DNA of 64,000 bases from an uncultured Candidatus Rokubacteria bacterium (GCA_963708025.1 CAVPSB010000031.1:320001-384000); one strand, 5' to 3'; shown: positions 41,586 to 53,331, counted from the first letter of the stretch. The notes: generated from the letters alone by a model not told the origin. A program made the numbers and translations.

Positions 41586-42041
41586 ATGACGGCAGGCCCG
41601 GTCCACTTCGAGGGATTCCGGGTCGGGGACCACTACCAGACCCTGGGCCGGACCGTGTCGGAGTACGAAATCCTGAGCTTCGTGACGCTGACCGGCTTCA
41701 CCGAGCCTTTGTTCATGGACCTCGAGTACATCCAGCGGGAGAGCGTGTTCAAGACCCGCGTGGCCCCCGGGGTGCTCACCTTCGCCCTCGCCGAGGGCCT
41801 GACCCTCCAGACCGGGATCCTCCACGGCACCGGTCTCGCGCTCCTGAGCTACGACGTGCGCGTCCTGGGGCCGGTCCTGGCCGGGGACACCGTCCGCGTC
41901 GAGATCGAGGTGCTGGACACGCGCGAGACCCGGAAGCCGGACCGCGGCGTGGTGACGTTCCGGCACCGGGTGGTGAACCAGCGGGGCGAGGCGGTGATGG
42001 AGGCGACGATCGCCCGGATGGTGAAGCGGGCCGCGGCCTGA
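41586..42041 (+). CDS. MaoC/hotdog-fold dehydratase family protein
   Basis: FEGFRVG..GRTV..F..LTG..PL.MD..PVLAGDT..V.NQRGE. Confidence 0.85.
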   Translation: MTAGPVHFEGFRVGDHYQTLGRTVSEYEILSFVTLTGFTEPLFMDLEYIQRESVFKTRVAPGVLTFALAEGLTLQTGILHGTGLALLSYDVRVLGPVLAGDTVRVEIEVLDTRETRKPDRGVVTFRHRVVNQRGEAVMEATIARMVKRAAA

Positions 42042-42179
42042 CCTCGGAAGGGCGGGGCCGGCCCTCCTCCGCCCGCCCCTCGGAAAAGTGGTTCTCACGG
42101 TGGAGCCCTCAGAGCCTGTGAAAAAGCGCCGACAGGTCTCGATTCGCCACGCGTGGGCTTCTCGTACCGCATCCATACC

Positions 42180-42292
42180 TGGCCGCGCGGCCGTGGTGTT
42201 CCACCTCGAGCCGCGGCCCAAAGGCCGAAGGCCGTCCAATAGTCGCGGCCTCCGAGGGGGGGTTTCGGGGGGATCTTCCGAGACCCCCCCGA
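42180..42292 (+). repeat. family A palindromic repeat, copy 4, with inserted module C
   Basis: TGGCCGCGCGGCCGTGGTGTTCCAC..GGGGGATCTTCCGAGACCCCCCCGA. Confidence 0.82.
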
Positions 42293-42296
42293 GCGT

Positions 42297-43484
42297 ATGA
42301 GCGTGCCGCGGAGCGCCGATGTCGTCATCATCGGCGGCGGGGTGACGGGCTGCTCGATCGCCTTCCACCTCGCCGAGCGCGGGCTCCGGAGCGTGGTGGT
42401 CCTCGAGCGCCGGTTCCTGGCCTCCGGCGGGACCGGGAGGTCGGTCGGGGTCATGCGCCAGCTCTACCCGACCGCGGAGACCTCCCGCATGGTCCTCCAC
42501 TCCCTGCGGGTCTTCCAGAACTTCCGGGAGCTGACGGGCGGCGATGCGGGTTACGTCCAGTGCGGCGCGATCATCGCGGTGGCGCCCTCCCAGGGCGCGG
42601 CCCTGGCCCGGACGCTCGACGCCCAGCGCGAGATCGGCATCCAGGCGCGCCTTCTCTCGCCGGACGACCTGCGGGAGCTGGAGCCGCGGATCGATCCGTT
42701 CGCGGTCGGGGCCGCGGTCTACGAGCCGGAGTCCGGCTACGGCGATCCGACCGGGGTCACGACCGGCTTCGCCCAGGGCGCCCGCCGGCGGGGCGTGGTG
42801 ATCGAGCAGATGTGCGAGGTCGTCGCCCTGCGACGGGAGGGAGACCGGGTCACCGGCGTGCGGACGGCGGCCGGCGAGGAGATCGCCACCCCGGTGGTGG
42901 TGAACGCCGCCGGCCTCTGGTGCCGGGAGATCGCCGCGATGGCCGGCGTGGCCCTCCCCGTCATCGTCGGCCGCCACCCGGTGTTCATCGTGGAGCGGAC
43001 CCCGGGCTTCGGCCGGCCCCACCCGGTGTACCTCGACCTGGCCAGCGGGACCTTTCTCCGTCCCGAGACGGGCGGGCTCACGCTGACCGGGTTCCTCGAC
43101 GCCGACGAGCCGAGCCACCCGATGGACCCCGAGACGCTGGGCGCCGACGTCCCGTTCGACGAGGTGGCGCGCATCATGGAGCGGGCCAGCCGCTGTGTCC
43201 CCACCCTGGGCGACGCGCGGTACCAGCGGGGGTACGCCGGGGCCTTCGACATCACCCCCGACTGGATGCCGATCCTCGACCAGACGCCCGTCCGCGGGCT
43301 CTACGTCGCGGCCGGCATGTCGGGGCACGGCTTCAAGCTCTCGCCGGCGATCGGCCGGCTGATGGCCGATCTGATCACCGAGGGCACGTCCGGGCTGACG
43401 GATCTGGGCGCGTTCCGGCTGGACCGGTTCGCGGGCCGGGCGCACGACGACGGGGGCGCGTTCTCGCACTCCTATCTGCGGTAG
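42297..43484 (+). CDS. FAD-dependent amino-acid oxidoreductase (DAO/sarcosine oxidase beta-like)
   Basis: IIGGGVTG, VNAAGLW, TPDWMPI, GMSGHGFK. Confidence 0.9.
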   Translation: MSVPRSADVVIIGGGVTGCSIAFHLAERGLRSVVVLERRFLASGGTGRSVGVMRQLYPTAETSRMVLHSLRVFQNFRELTGGDAGYVQCGAIIAVAPSQGAALARTLDAQREIGIQARLLSPDDLRELEPRIDPFAVGAAVYEPESGYGDPTGVTTGFAQGARRRGVVIEQMCEVVALRREGDRVTGVRTAAGEEIATPVVVNAAGLWCREIAAMAGVALPVIVGRHPVFIVERTPGFGRPHPVYLDLASGTFLRPETGGLTLTGFLDADEPSHPMDPETLGADVPFDEVARIMERASRCVPTLGDARYQRGYAGAFDITPDWMPILDQTPVRGLYVAAGMSGHGFKLSPAIGRLMADLITEGTSGLTDLGAFRLDRFAGRAHDDGGAFSHSYLR

Positions 43485-43502
43485 ACCGGCAGGAGGCACG
43501 CC

Positions 43503-44987
43503 ATGGCCACGACCTATCAGAACCACATCGGGGGCGAGTGGGTCCCGGCCGCGTCCGGCCGGACGTTCGAGGATCTGAATCCGGCGAACCGCGACGAGGT
43601 ACTCGGCGTCTTTCCGCGATCGGACGCCGCCGACGTGGATCGCGCGGTCGCCGCCGCCCGGGAGACCTTCCGGACCTGGCGGCTCGTCCCGGCGCCGCGG
43701 CGGGCCGAGATCGTCTTCCGGGCCGGGGAGCTCCTCGTCCGGCGGAAGGAGGAGCTGGCCCGGCTGATGACCCGGGAGATGGGCAAGGTGCTGACCGAAG
43801 CTCGTGGGGACGTCCAGGAAGGCATCGACACCGCCTACTACATGGCGGGCGAGGGCCGGCGGCTCTTCGGGCACCAGGCCCCGTGCGAGCTGCCCTCGAA
43901 GTTCGGCGTGGCGATCCGGGTGCCGGTCGGCGTCGTCGCCGCCATCACGCCCTGGAACTTCCCGCTGGCGATCCCGACCTGGAAGCTCTTCCCCGCGCTC
44001 GTCTGCGGCAACACGCTCGTCTTCAAGCCGGCCGAGGACACGCCGCTCATGGCCCACACGTTCCTCGAGATCCTGCTGGAGGCCGGGCTCCCGAAGGGCG
44101 TGGTCAACCTGGTCCACGGCCTGGGCGAGGAGGCGGGGGCGGCGCTCGTCCGGCACCCGGACGTCAACCTGATCTCGTTCACCGGCTCGACCGACGTGGG
44201 TCGCGAGGTCGCCCGGGCGGCGGCCGAGACCTACAAGAAGGTGTCCCTGGAGATGGGCGGGAAGAACGCCATCATCGTCATGGACGATGCGCCGCTCGAC
44301 CTGGCCGTGGACGGGGCGGTGTGGGGCGGCTTCGGCACCTCCGGCCAGCGCTGCACGGCGGCCAGCCGGGTCATCGTCCACGAAAGGGTCCACAAGCCGT
44401 TCACGCAGGCGTTCCTCGAGCGGGCCCGGACCCTCCGGCTCGGCTCCGGGCTCGACGAGAAGACGGACGTCGGCCCGGTCATCAACGAGGGTCAGCTCCG
44501 GCGGATCCACGAGTACACCGGCGTCGGGCGCGGGGAGGGGGCCCGGGTCCTGGTCGGCGGCGAGATCGCGACCGAGGGCGAGCTGCGGAAGGGCTTCTTC
44601 TACAAGCCCACGATCTTCGACGATGTCGAACCCGCGATGCGGGTCGCCCGGGAGGAGATCTTCGGGCCGAGCGTCGTCGTGCTCCGGGCGAAGAGCCTGG
44701 AGGAGGCCATCGAGATCTGCAACAACACGAACTACGGCCTCTCCTCGGCGATCTACACGCAGGACATCAACCGGGCCTTCCGGGCCATCCAGGACATCGC
44801 CACCGGGATCACCTACGTCAACTCCTCGACCATCGGGGCGGAGATCCAGTTCCCGTTCGGAGGCGTCCGGCAGACGGGGAACGGCCACCGGGAGGGCGGC
44901 TGGACGGCGCTGGACATCATGACCGAGTGGAAGACGATCTACATCGACTATTCGGGCAAGCTACAACGCGCCCAGATCGACGTCTAG
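43503..44987 (+). CDS. aldehyde dehydrogenase
   Basis: ITPWNFP, FTGST, LEMGGKN, GQRCT, EEIFGP. Confidence 0.96.
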   Translation: MATTYQNHIGGEWVPAASGRTFEDLNPANRDEVLGVFPRSDAADVDRAVAAARETFRTWRLVPAPRRAEIVFRAGELLVRRKEELARLMTREMGKVLTEARGDVQEGIDTAYYMAGEGRRLFGHQAPCELPSKFGVAIRVPVGVVAAITPWNFPLAIPTWKLFPALVCGNTLVFKPAEDTPLMAHTFLEILLEAGLPKGVVNLVHGLGEEAGAALVRHPDVNLISFTGSTDVGREVARAAAETYKKVSLEMGGKNAIIVMDDAPLDLAVDGAVWGGFGTSGQRCTAASRVIVHERVHKPFTQAFLERARTLRLGSGLDEKTDVGPVINEGQLRRIHEYTGVGRGEGARVLVGGEIATEGELRKGFFYKPTIFDDVEPAMRVAREEIFGPSVVVLRAKSLEEAIEICNNTNYGLSSAIYTQDINRAFRAIQDIATGITYVNSSTIGAEIQFPFGGVRQTGNGHREGGWTALDIMTEWKTIYIDYSGKLQRAQIDV

Positions 44988-45114
44988 CGGGCGGGGCCGA
45001 TGAGCGTCGCATCGCGTCGTCCTCGGTTCGCCGCCGATCCTCGGCGTACTCGGAGTACGCCTCCGGTCGGCGGCTCCCTGCGTCCTAGCGCTGCTCGCTC
45101 CTCGACCCCGCCCG
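44988..45114. repeat. family B structured repeat (partial extra copy to ~45173)
   Basis: CGGGCGGGGCCGA..TCGACCCCGCCCG termini; GGCGTACTCGGAGTACGCC core. Confidence 0.85.
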
Positions 45115-45301
45115 GGACGACTTGACGTATCCTGCGGATACTCCCGCTTAGGGCTGCTCGGTTCTCGGCCCGGCTATGGGTGCGGCAGTCAAGCACGGAG
45201 TTGCGGCGCGCGGTTGAAAATCGGGTGGGTGGGCGCGATAATAGCGCTCGTTGAGCGCGCCTGCCCGCGCGCCCGAAGGTGAACATCAAGGAGCGCGCGA
45301 G

Positions 45302-46417
45302 ATGACCCAGGCTGACGCTGCCCCGCTGAAGCACACGCCCCTTCACGCGGCGCACGTCCGCCTCGGTGCCCGGATGATCGGGTTCGGCGGGTGGGACATG
45401 CCGGTGCAGTACGCAGGCATCGTGGAGGAGCACCGGACCGTCCGCGGTGCGGTCGGCTGCTTCGACGTGAGCCACATGGGCGAGTTCGAGTTCCGCGGAG
45501 CTGACGCGACACGGGCCCTCCAGCGCCTGACGACCAACGACGTCGGGGTCCTCGAGGTCGGGCAGGTCCAGTACTCGCTCCTCTGTTACGAGGACGGCGG
45601 CATCGTCGACGACCTCACCCTGTACCGGCTCGCCGACGACCACTACATGATGACGGTGAACGCCGCCAACATCGACAAGGACTGGGAGTGGGTGACCGGC
45701 CGGCTGGACGGACGGGTGGAGGCGAAGAACGTGAGCGCCGAGACGGGCCTGATCGCCGTCCAGGGGCCGAGAGCCGAGGCCCTGGTCGGGCGGCTGGCCG
45801 ACGTCGACGTGGCCGGCATCGGGTACTACCGCTTCGCGCGCGGTCGCGTCGCCGGGGTTCCGGGGATCGTCTCCCGCACCGGCTACACCGGCGAGGACGG
45901 CTTCGAGCTGTACCTGCCGGGAGGGCGGACCGAGGCGGTGTGGGAGGCCCTCCTGGCGGAAGGGAAGCGGGACGGGGTGGCCCCCATCGGGCTCGGGGCC
46001 CGGGACACGCTCCGGCTCGAGATGAGGTACGCCCTCTACGGCAACGACATCGACCAGACCACCAACCCTCTGGAGGCCGGCCTCGGCTGGGTCGTGAAGC
46101 CGGCCAAGGGCGAGTTCCTCGGCAAGCCGGCGATCGAGCGGGTGAGGGCCGAGGGGCCCCGGCGCCGGCTGGTCGGCTTCGAGATGATCGACCGCGCGGT
46201 GGCGCGGCACGGCTACCGGATCGTGCGCGGCGGCGCCGAGGTCGGACAGGTGACCTCGGGCTCCTACGGCCCGTCGGTGGATCGCTACATCGGCATCGGG
46301 TACGTGCCCGCCGCCCTGGCCGCGGTCGGCAGCGAGATCGAGGTCGAGGTGCGGGGGCGCGGCCAGAAGGCCCGGGTGGTCAAGACGCCCTTCTACCCTT
46401 CCAAGGTGAAGAAGTAG
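45302..46417 (+). CDS. gcvT: glycine cleavage aminomethyltransferase T
   Basis: FGGWDMPVQY, FDVSHMG, RTGYTGEDGFE, GLGARDTLRLE. Confidence 0.97.
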   Translation: MTQADAAPLKHTPLHAAHVRLGARMIGFGGWDMPVQYAGIVEEHRTVRGAVGCFDVSHMGEFEFRGADATRALQRLTTNDVGVLEVGQVQYSLLCYEDGGIVDDLTLYRLADDHYMMTVNAANIDKDWEWVTGRLDGRVEAKNVSAETGLIAVQGPRAEALVGRLADVDVAGIGYYRFARGRVAGVPGIVSRTGYTGEDGFELYLPGGRTEAVWEALLAEGKRDGVAPIGLGARDTLRLEMRYALYGNDIDQTTNPLEAGLGWVVKPAKGEFLGKPAIERVRAEGPRRRLVGFEMIDRAVARHGYRIVRGGAEVGQVTSGSYGPSVDRYIGIGYVPAALAAVGSEIEVEVRGRGQKARVVKTPFYPSKVKK

Positions 46418-46428
46418 AGGAGACAGGC

Positions 46429-46824
46429 ATGGCGACGTATCCAGCGGATCTCCGCTACACGCGGGAGCACGAGTGGGCGAAGGTCGAGGGGAACCGTGCG
46501 CGCGTAGGGATCACGCAGTACGCGCAGGACCAGCTCGGCGACGTGGTGTTCGTCGAGCTGCCCAAGGTCGGGAGCCGGGTGCGCCAGATGCAGGGCTTCG
46601 GCGTCGTCGAGTCGGTGAAGGCGGTCTCCGACCTCTTCGCTCCGCTCTCGGGCGAGGTCGTCGAGGTCAACGAGGGGCTGGCCGCGCACCCCGAGCAGGT
46701 GAACCAGGACCCCTACGGCGCCGGCTGGCTGATCGTGGTCACCATGGCCGACCCCAAGGAGCTGGACGCGCTCATGAGCGCCGCCGACTACGAGGAGTTC
46801 TTGAAGACGGCGGGCGGTCACTGA
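46429..46824 (+). CDS. gcvH: glycine cleavage H protein
   Basis: [16 protein letters not shown] lipoyl-Lys, N.DPYG.GW. Confidence 0.97.
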   Translation: MATYPADLRYTREHEWAKVEGNRARVGITQYAQDQLGDVVFVELPKVGSRVRQMQGFGVVESVKAVSDLFAPLSGEVVEVNEGLAAHPEQVNQDPYGAGWLIVVTMADPKELDALMSAADYEEFLKTAGGH

Positions 46825-48182
46825 TGCCGGCCGTGGCCAACCGCTACCTCCCGACCACGCCGGCCCAGCGCGCCGACATGCTGCGCGCCATCGGGGTCGG
46901 GGACCTCGAGGCCCTCCTCGAACGGATCCCCTCCAAGGCCCGCCTCGGGCGGGATCTAGGGGTGCCGGCCGCGCTCGCCGAGGGCGAGCTGACCGCGACC
47001 CTGCGGGCGCTCGCCGCCGAGAACGCCCACGCGGCCGAGTACATCTCGTTCATGGGCGGCGGCGCCTACGACCACTTCATCCCCAGCGTCGTCAACCACC
47101 TGCTCCTCCGGGGCGAGTTCTTCACCGCGTACACCCCCTACCAGCCCGAGGCCAGCCAGGGGACGCTCCGGTCCATCTACGAGTACCAGACGATGATCTG
47201 CGAGCTGACCGGGATGGACGTGACCAACGCGTCCATCTACGACGGGGGCTCGGCCCTGGCCGAGGCCGCCCTCATGGCCCACGGCGTGACCGAGCGCGAG
47301 CAGATCATCGTGTCGGGCGCCGTCTCGCCGCTGGCGCGCCGGGTGGTCGCCACCTACTGCGCGGGGCCGCGGCTGCCGATCAAGGTGGTCCCGTGGGCCG
47401 ACGGCGTGACCGATCTGGACGCGCTCCGGAAGGCGGTCACCGAGAAGACGGCGGCGGTGATGGTGCAGTACCCGAACTTCCTCGGGAGTCTGGAGGACCT
47501 GGACGCGGCGGCGGCGGTCGCCCACGAGAAGGGCGCGCTGCTGGTCGTGTCGGTGGACCCGATCGCGCTCGCCCTGCTGCGCCCCCCCGGGGAGGCCGGC
47601 GCCGACATCGTCGTCGGCGAGGGACAGGGGCTCGGGAACCCGACCACGTTCGGCGGGCCCTATCTCGGCCTCTTCGCGTGCCGCAAGGAGCTGGTGCGCC
47701 GGATGCCCGGCCGGCTGGTCGGCGCCACCGTGGACACCACCGGCCGGCGCGGGTTCGTCCTGACGCTCCAGACCCGGGAGCAGCACATCCGTCGCGAGAA
47801 GGCGACCTCCAACATCTGCACGAACGTGGCGCTGGTCGCCCTGGGGGCGACGATCTATCTCGCGCTCATGGGCAAGGAAGGACTCCGGAAGGTGGCGACC
47901 CTGTCCACCGCCAAGGCGCACTACGCGGCCGACGTCCTCGGCCGGGTGCCGGGGGTCTCGCGCCGGTTCGAGGCGCCGTTCTTCAAGGAGTTCGTGCTCC
48001 GGCTCCCGAAGCCGCCGGAGCGGGTCCTGCGAGCGCTGCGGAAGCGGAAGATCCTGGGCGGCGTCGCCCTCGGCCAGTTCGACCGGGCCCTGAAGGACTG
48101 CCTGCTCGTCGCGGTGACGGAGAACCGGACCCGGGTCGAGATCGACCAGTATGCCAGCGCGCTGAGCGAGATCCTGGCATGA
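46824..48182 (+). CDS. gcvPA: glycine dehydrogenase subunit 1
   Basis: [31 protein letters not shown]. Confidence 0.97.
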   Translation: MPAVANRYLPTTPAQRADMLRAIGVGDLEALLERIPSKARLGRDLGVPAALAEGELTATLRALAAENAHAAEYISFMGGGAYDHFIPSVVNHLLLRGEFFTAYTPYQPEASQGTLRSIYEYQTMICELTGMDVTNASIYDGGSALAEAALMAHGVTEREQIIVSGAVSPLARRVVATYCAGPRLPIKVVPWADGVTDLDALRKAVTEKTAAVMVQYPNFLGSLEDLDAAAAVAHEKGALLVVSVDPIALALLRPPGEAGADIVVGEGQGLGNPTTFGGPYLGLFACRKELVRRMPGRLVGATVDTTGRRGFVLTLQTREQHIRREKATSNICTNVALVALGATIYLALMGKEGLRKVATLSTAKAHYAADVLGRVPGVSRRFEAPFFKEFVLRLPKPPERVLRALRKRKILGGVALGQFDRALKDCLLVAVTENRTRVEIDQYASALSEILA

Positions 48183-49647
48183 GCTACGACAAGCTGATCT
48201 TCGAGCTGTCCGTTCCCGGCCGCGTGGGCCACTCGTTGCCCGAGGCCGACGTGCCCGAGGCCGATCCCGCGCGGCTCCTGCCCCGGCAGCACCTGCGGGA
48301 GAAGCCGGCCGAGCTCCCCGAGGTGAGCGAGTTCGACGTGGTCCGTCACTACACGCGACTCTCGCGCCTGAACTACGGCCTCGACACCCACTTCTACCCC
48401 CTGGGCTCCTGCACCATGAAGTACAACCCGAAGCTCAACGAGGACATGGCGCGGCTGCCGGGGTTCGCGCGGCTCCATCCCCTGACGCCCGACGAAGCCG
48501 CCCCGGGCGCGCTCGGCCTCATGGTCCAGCTCGGCGAGATGCTCGCCGAGATCGTCGGGATGGACGCGGTCTCGCTTCAGCCCGCGGCCGGCGCCCAGGG
48601 TGAGCTGGCCGGCGTCCTCATGATCCGCGCCTACCACCTGGACCGCGAGAAGCGGCCACGCAAGAAGGTCCTGGTGCCGGACTCCGCCCACGGGACCAAC
48701 CCGGCCTCGACCGGGATCGCCGGCTACCAGACGGTCCAGCTCAAGTCCGACGCGGCCGGCGAGGTGGACCTCCTCGACCTGGAGCGGAACCTCGACGAGG
48801 ACGTGGCCGCCCTCATGATCACGGTGCCCAACACGCTCGGCCTCTTCGAGTCGAAGATCCTCGAGGTCACCGAGATGTGCCACGCCAAGGGCGCCCAGGT
48901 GTACATGGACGGCGCCAACCTGAACGCCCTCCTCGGGATCACGCGGCCCGGCGACCTCGGGTTCGACGTGGTCCACATGAACCTGCACAAGACGTTCACG
49001 ACCCCCCACGGCGGCGGCGGTCCGGGGGCGGGGCCGGTGGGGATCAGGTCGCACCTGGCGCCGTTCCTGCCGGTGCCGGTCCCGGTGCGCGATGGCGACG
49101 ACTACCGGCTCGACTGGAAGCGCCCGAAGTCGATCGGGAAGCTCCAGTCGTTCTGGGGTAACTTCGGGATGCTGGTCCGCGCCTACACCTACATCCGGAC
49201 CATGGGGCCCGACGGCCTCCGGGCGGTCTCCGAGAACGCGATCCTGAACGCCAACTACATCCGGGCGCGGCTCAAGGAGCAGTACGATCTGCCGTACCCC
49301 GGGTCCTCGATGCACGAGGTGGTCTTCTCGGCCCGGCGCCAGAAGAAGCTCGGCGTGACGGCGACCGACATCGCCAAGCGGCTCCTCGACCTCGGCTTCT
49401 ACGCGCCGTCCATCTACTTTCCGCTCATCGTCGAGGAGGCGCTCATGATCGAGCCCACCGAGACGGAGTCGAGGAGACGCTGGACGAGTTCTGCGACGCG
49501 ATGGTCCAGATCGCCCGCGAGGCCGAGACCGACCCCCACGCCGTTCACGCCGCGCCGGTGACGACGCCCGTGGGCCGCCTGGACCAGACCCTGGCCGCCC
49601 GGCAGCCGAACCTCCGCTGGACGCCCAAGGAGACCCGCCGGTCGTAA
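48179..49647 (+). CDS. gcvPB: glycine dehydrogenase subunit 2, single-base frameshift near 49471
   Basis: [32 protein letters not shown] continues as [20 protein letters not shown] in the shifted frame. Confidence 0.95.
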
Positions 49648-49666
49648 CGTCTCGCGCCGCTTCCGC

Positions 49667-50488
49667 ATGGGCGTGAGCTGGCGGCTCCTCGTCACGGAGC
49701 CCCTCGACGGCGCCACCAACATGGCCATCGACGAGGCCCTGCTCCGCGCCCGTATCGCCGGGGCCGCCGGCCCCACCGTCCGCTTCTTCGCGTGGGCCCC
49801 GCCCGCGGTGTCGGTCGGCTACGGCCAGACGCTCGAGGCCGGGATCGACCTCGCCGCCTGTGCCCGGCTCGGCCTCGCGCTGGTCCGGCGCCCGACCGGG
49901 GGCAGCGCGATCCTCCACGAGGGCCCGGCCGCCGAGCTGACCTACAGCGTGGTGGCGCGGGCCGACGACTTCGCGGGGGCCGACGACCTCCTGGAGACCT
50001 ACCGCGTGCTCGGCGCCGGGCTGGCGGCGGGCCTGGCCCGGCTCGGGCTCCGCGCGGAGGTCGTGCCGCGCTTGCGGAGTCGCTCCGCCGCCGGCCCGGC
50101 TTTCTGCTTCGCGCGGACCGGCTCCTACGAGATCGCGGTCGGCGGGAAGAAGGTGGTGGGGAGCGCCCAGCGCCGGCAGGGCCGCGCCTTCCTCCAGCAC
50201 GGCTCGGTCCTGCTGGACGCCGACCCGGCGCGGCTCGCGGCCGTCTTCCCCGGCGCCGGGGACCCGCTGGCCGGTGTGACGACCGTGGCGGCGGGACTGG
50301 GGCGGCTTGTGGCCTTCGACGAGGCGGCGGCGGCGCTCGCCAGCGGGCTCGGCGAGGCTCTCGGCCCGCTGGTGCCGGGCGGGCTGACCCCCGGCGAGGC
50401 CGAGCTCGTCCAGCGCCTCGTCGCCGACAAGTACGCCGCCGAGGCCTGGACGCGGCACGGCCAGGCGCCCGCCGTCGCCCGTGCGTGA
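49667..50488 (+). CDS. lipoate-protein ligase/octanoyltransferase (LplA/LipM family)
   Basis: NMAIDEALL, VRRPTGG.AILH, KVVGSAQ, QHGS. Confidence 0.9.
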   Translation: MGVSWRLLVTEPLDGATNMAIDEALLRARIAGAAGPTVRFFAWAPPAVSVGYGQTLEAGIDLAACARLGLALVRRPTGGSAILHEGPAAELTYSVVARADDFAGADDLLETYRVLGAGLAAGLARLGLRAEVVPRLRSRSAAGPAFCFARTGSYEIAVGGKKVVGSAQRRQGRAFLQHGSVLLDADPARLAAVFPGAGDPLAGVTTVAAGLGRLVAFDEAAAALASGLGEALGPLVPGGLTPGEAELVQRLVADKYAAEAWTRHGQAPAVARA

Positions 50489-50933
50489 GTACCCCTCGGT
50501 CCCCCTGGTCGGCGTGGGCGCGATCGTCGTAGACGGCGAGCGCGTCCTCCTCGTGCAGCGCGGCCGCCCGCCCGCCCTGGACAAGTGGAGCATCCCGGGA
50601 GGGCTGGTGGACGTGGGCGAGCCGGTCGAGGCGGCGGCGCGGCGCGAGGTCGCCGAGGAGTGCGGCCTCAGCGTGTGCCTGCACGGCCTGGTGGGCTTCG
50701 TCAACCGGATCGTGCGCGACGCGGCCGGGCGCGTGCAGTACCATTACGTGCTGCTGGACTTTCTCGCCACGCCGGAATCCGGAACGGCCCGGGCGGGCTC
50801 GGACGCGCGGGCACTCCGCTGGAGCACGCTGGACGAGCTCCGGACGCTCGACACGACCGAGGGCCTCGAGGCCATGATCCGCCGGGCGCTCGAGCTGGAC
50901 GCCGAGCGCCGAGGAAAGGAGCGCACCCGATGA
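50481..50933 (+). CDS. NUDIX hydrolase
   Basis: PGGLVDVGE..EAAARREVAEECG Nudix box. Confidence 0.92.
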   Translation: MREYPSVPLVGVGAIVVDGERVLLVQRGRPPALDKWSIPGGLVDVGEPVEAAARREVAEECGLSVCLHGLVGFVNRIVRDAAGRVQYHYVLLDFLATPESGTARAGSDARALRWSTLDELRTLDTTEGLEAMIRRALELDAERRGKERTR

Positions 50934-52444
50934 AGTTCGCCGTGAGCGCCGACCGGCTCGACCGGGCAGCCGGGGACGTGCTGGTGCTAGAGCGGTACGC
51001 GGGAGAGAGTCGGCTCGGCCCGGACGCCGCCCGGGTGGACGCGGCGCTCGAGGGGCACCTCGGCCGCGCCCTGGCCGACGAGCGCTTCGAGGGACGGGTG
51101 GGCGAGACGAGCCAGGTCCACACCGGAGGCCGGCTCGGCGCCAAGCGGGTCGTGGTGGTGGGGATGGGGCCGCGGGCCGAGGTGACGGCGGAGACGATCC
51201 GCCGCGCCGCATCCGCAGCGCTCCGGCGGGCCCGGGACCTCGGGGCCCGGAGCGTCGTGATTCCCGTGCTCGGGACCAGGCTTCCGGCCCGGGTGCGGGC
51301 CCAGGCCCTCGGCGAGGGCGTGCTCCTCGGCCTCTACACCTTCGACCGCTACAAGGCCAAGAAGGGGGACGACAAGGGCGTCGAGACCCTGACGGTCGCG
51401 GCGCCCGAGGCCCGGGAGCAGGCCGCGGTCCGGGAGGGGCTGCGCCTCGCCGAACTGGCGGCGGAGGCCACCACCTTCGCCCGCGACCTGATCAACGAGC
51501 CGGCCAACGCGATCACGGCGACCGCCCTGGCCCGGGAGGCGGAGGCGATCGCCAAGGCGGGCCGGCTCACCGTCCGCATCCACGACCGGGCGGCGTGCGA
51601 GCGGATGGGGATGGGCGCGTTCGTCGGCGTGAACAAGGGGAGCGAGGAGCCGCTCCGGTTCATCCATCTCACGTACCGGCCAAAGGGCCGGGCCACCCGC
51701 CGCATCGCCCTCATCGGGAAGGGGATCACCTTCGACTCCGGCGGCCTCGACCTGAAGACCGCCGAGGGCATGGCGTGGATGAAGGGCGACATGTCCGGCG
51801 CCGCCGCCGTCCTCGGGGTCATGAAGGTGCTGCCGCGGCTGGCGCCCCCGGTCGAGGTGCACGGCCTGGTGGCGGCCACCGACAACATGCCCTCCGGCTC
51901 GGCGACCAAGCCCGGCGACATCCTGCGGGCGATGAACGGCAAGACCATCGAGGTCAACAACACCGACGCCGAGGGGCGGCTCACGCTCGCCGACGCGATG
52001 GGCTACGCCCTGAAGGAGATCAAGCCGGACGAGATGGTCGACATCGCGACGCTCACCGGCGCCTGCTCGATCGCGCTCGGCTCGCTCTGTGCCGGGGCGA
52101 TGTCGAACGACGAGGCGCTCCAGGGTCGGATCATCCAGGCGGGGGCGGCCGCCGGAGAGCGCGTCTGGCCGCTGCCGCTCATCGACGAGTACCGGGAGGG
52201 GCTCAAGAGCGACGTCGCCGATCTCCGGAACACCGGACCGCGCCCCGGCGGCGCCATCACCGCGGGGCTGTTCCTCAAGGAGTTCGCCGGGACCACGCCC
52301 TGGGTGCACCTCGACATCGCGGGAGCGGCCTTCGCGGACAAGGAGCTGCCGTACGCGTCGAAGGGCGGGGTCGGGTTCGGTGCCCGGACGCTCCTCGCCT
52401 ACGTCATGGCAGCGGGGCAGAGGGCGGCGAAGAAGCGCCCGTGA
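50930..52444 (+). CDS. pepA: leucyl aminopeptidase (M17)
   Basis: GKGITFDSGG, MKGDM, NTDAEGRL, ATLTGA, HLDIAG. Confidence 0.96.
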   Translation: MKFAVSADRLDRAAGDVLVLERYAGESRLGPDAARVDAALEGHLGRALADERFEGRVGETSQVHTGGRLGAKRVVVVGMGPRAEVTAETIRRAASAALRRARDLGARSVVIPVLGTRLPARVRAQALGEGVLLGLYTFDRYKAKKGDDKGVETLTVAAPEAREQAAVREGLRLAELAAEATTFARDLINEPANAITATALAREAEAIAKAGRLTVRIHDRAACERMGMGAFVGVNKGSEEPLRFIHLTYRPKGRATRRIALIGKGITFDSGGLDLKTAEGMAWMKGDMSGAAAVLGVMKVLPRLAPPVEVHGLVAATDNMPSGSATKPGDILRAMNGKTIEVNNTDAEGRLTLADAMGYALKEIKPDEMVDIATLTGACSIALGSLCAGAMSNDEALQGRIIQAGAAAGERVWPLPLIDEYREGLKSDVADLRNTGPRPGGAITAGLFLKEFAGTTPWVHLDIAGAAFADKELPYASKGGVGFGARTLLAYVMAAGQRAAKKRP

Positions 52445-52497
52445 GCGGCCCGGTACCATGCCGGCGTTCCTGTGATGGCTGACCCGAAGGTAGACCC

Positions 52498-53331
52498 GTG
52501 AGCGGGGTCGACCTCCACGCCCACACGACCGCCTCCGACGGGACGTACTCGCCGGAGGAGCTCGTGGAGGAGGCGGTCCGGCGTGGGCTGCGGGTGCTGG
52601 CCATCACCGACCACGACTCCACGGAGGCGGTGGGGCCGGCGCTGACGGCGGCGCTCCGGCATCCGCGGCTTTCGATCGTGCCGGGGATCGAGATCAACAC
52701 CGAGGTCGCCGGGGCCGAGGTCCACGTCCTCGGGTTCTTCCTCGACCACGAGGCGGCCTGGCTCCGCGACCTGATGCGCGAGTTCCGCCAGGACCGGGCG
52801 GCGCGCGTCCACCGGATCGCCGAGCGGCTGGCCGCCCTCGGGCTTCCGATCGACCCCGCCGAGGTGCTGGCGCTCGTGCGCGAGGGCTCGGCCGGGCGGC
52901 CGCACGTCGCCCAGGTCATGGTGCAGAAGGGGTACGTGGGCACGGTCCGGGAGGCGTTCGACCGGTACCTGCGGGCCGGCGGGCCGGCCTACGTCTCGCA
53001 CAAGCGGCTCTCGGTGGAGGAAGCGTGCGAGCTGATCCACAAGGCCGCCGGGCTCACGGCCATGGCCCATCCCGGCTTCAACGATCGGTCCGAGGAGCTG
53101 ATCCGTGAGCTGGCGAGGAAGCGGCTCCTCGACGGGGTCGAGTGCTACTACGCCGAGCACACGACGGAGCAGACCGCGCGCTTCGTCGGCCTCTGCCACG
53201 AGCTTTCCCTGGTGACGACCGGCGGCTCCGACTTTCACGGCCCCGCGGTCCGTGCCGCCACCCTCGGACACCCCACGGTGCCGTGGGCGGCATGGGAGAA
53301 CCTCCTCCACCGCGCGGGCCGGGGCCGATGA
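52498..53331 (+). CDS. PHP-domain phosphoesterase (YciV/TrpH-like)
   Basis: DLHAHT..SDG, ITDHD, GRPH, AHP, GGSDFHG. Confidence 0.92.
   Translation: MSGVDLHAHTTASDGTYSPEELVEEAVRRGLRVLAITDHDSTEAVGPALTAALRHPRLSIVPGIEINTEVAGAEVHVLGFFLDHEAAWLRDLMREFRQDRAARVHRIAERLAALGLPIDPAEVLALVREGSAGRPHVAQVMVQKGYVGTVREAFDRYLRAGGPAYVSHKRLSVEEACELIHKAAGLTAMAHPGFNDRSEELIRELARKRLLDGVECYYAEHTTEQTARFVGLCHELSLVTTGGSDFHGPAVRAATLGHPTVPWAAWENLLHRAGRGR

Noticed and set aside
42111-42126. IS terminal inverted repeat-like AGAGCCTGTGAAAAA
   Set aside because: Single occurrence with no partner repeat or transposase.
45180-45301. Glycine riboswitch upstream of gcvT
   Set aside because: Only CCGAAGG resembles the motif; GGAGA and CTCAGG elements are absent and the leader is short.
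49460-49480. Programmed frameshift in gcvPB
   Set aside because: No slippery sequence; a one-base deletion error is simpler.
38429-50704. Very long minus-strand ORFs (1052, 1159, 927 aa)
   Set aside because: Antisense to well-supported genes; expected in high-GC DNA; no recognisable motifs.
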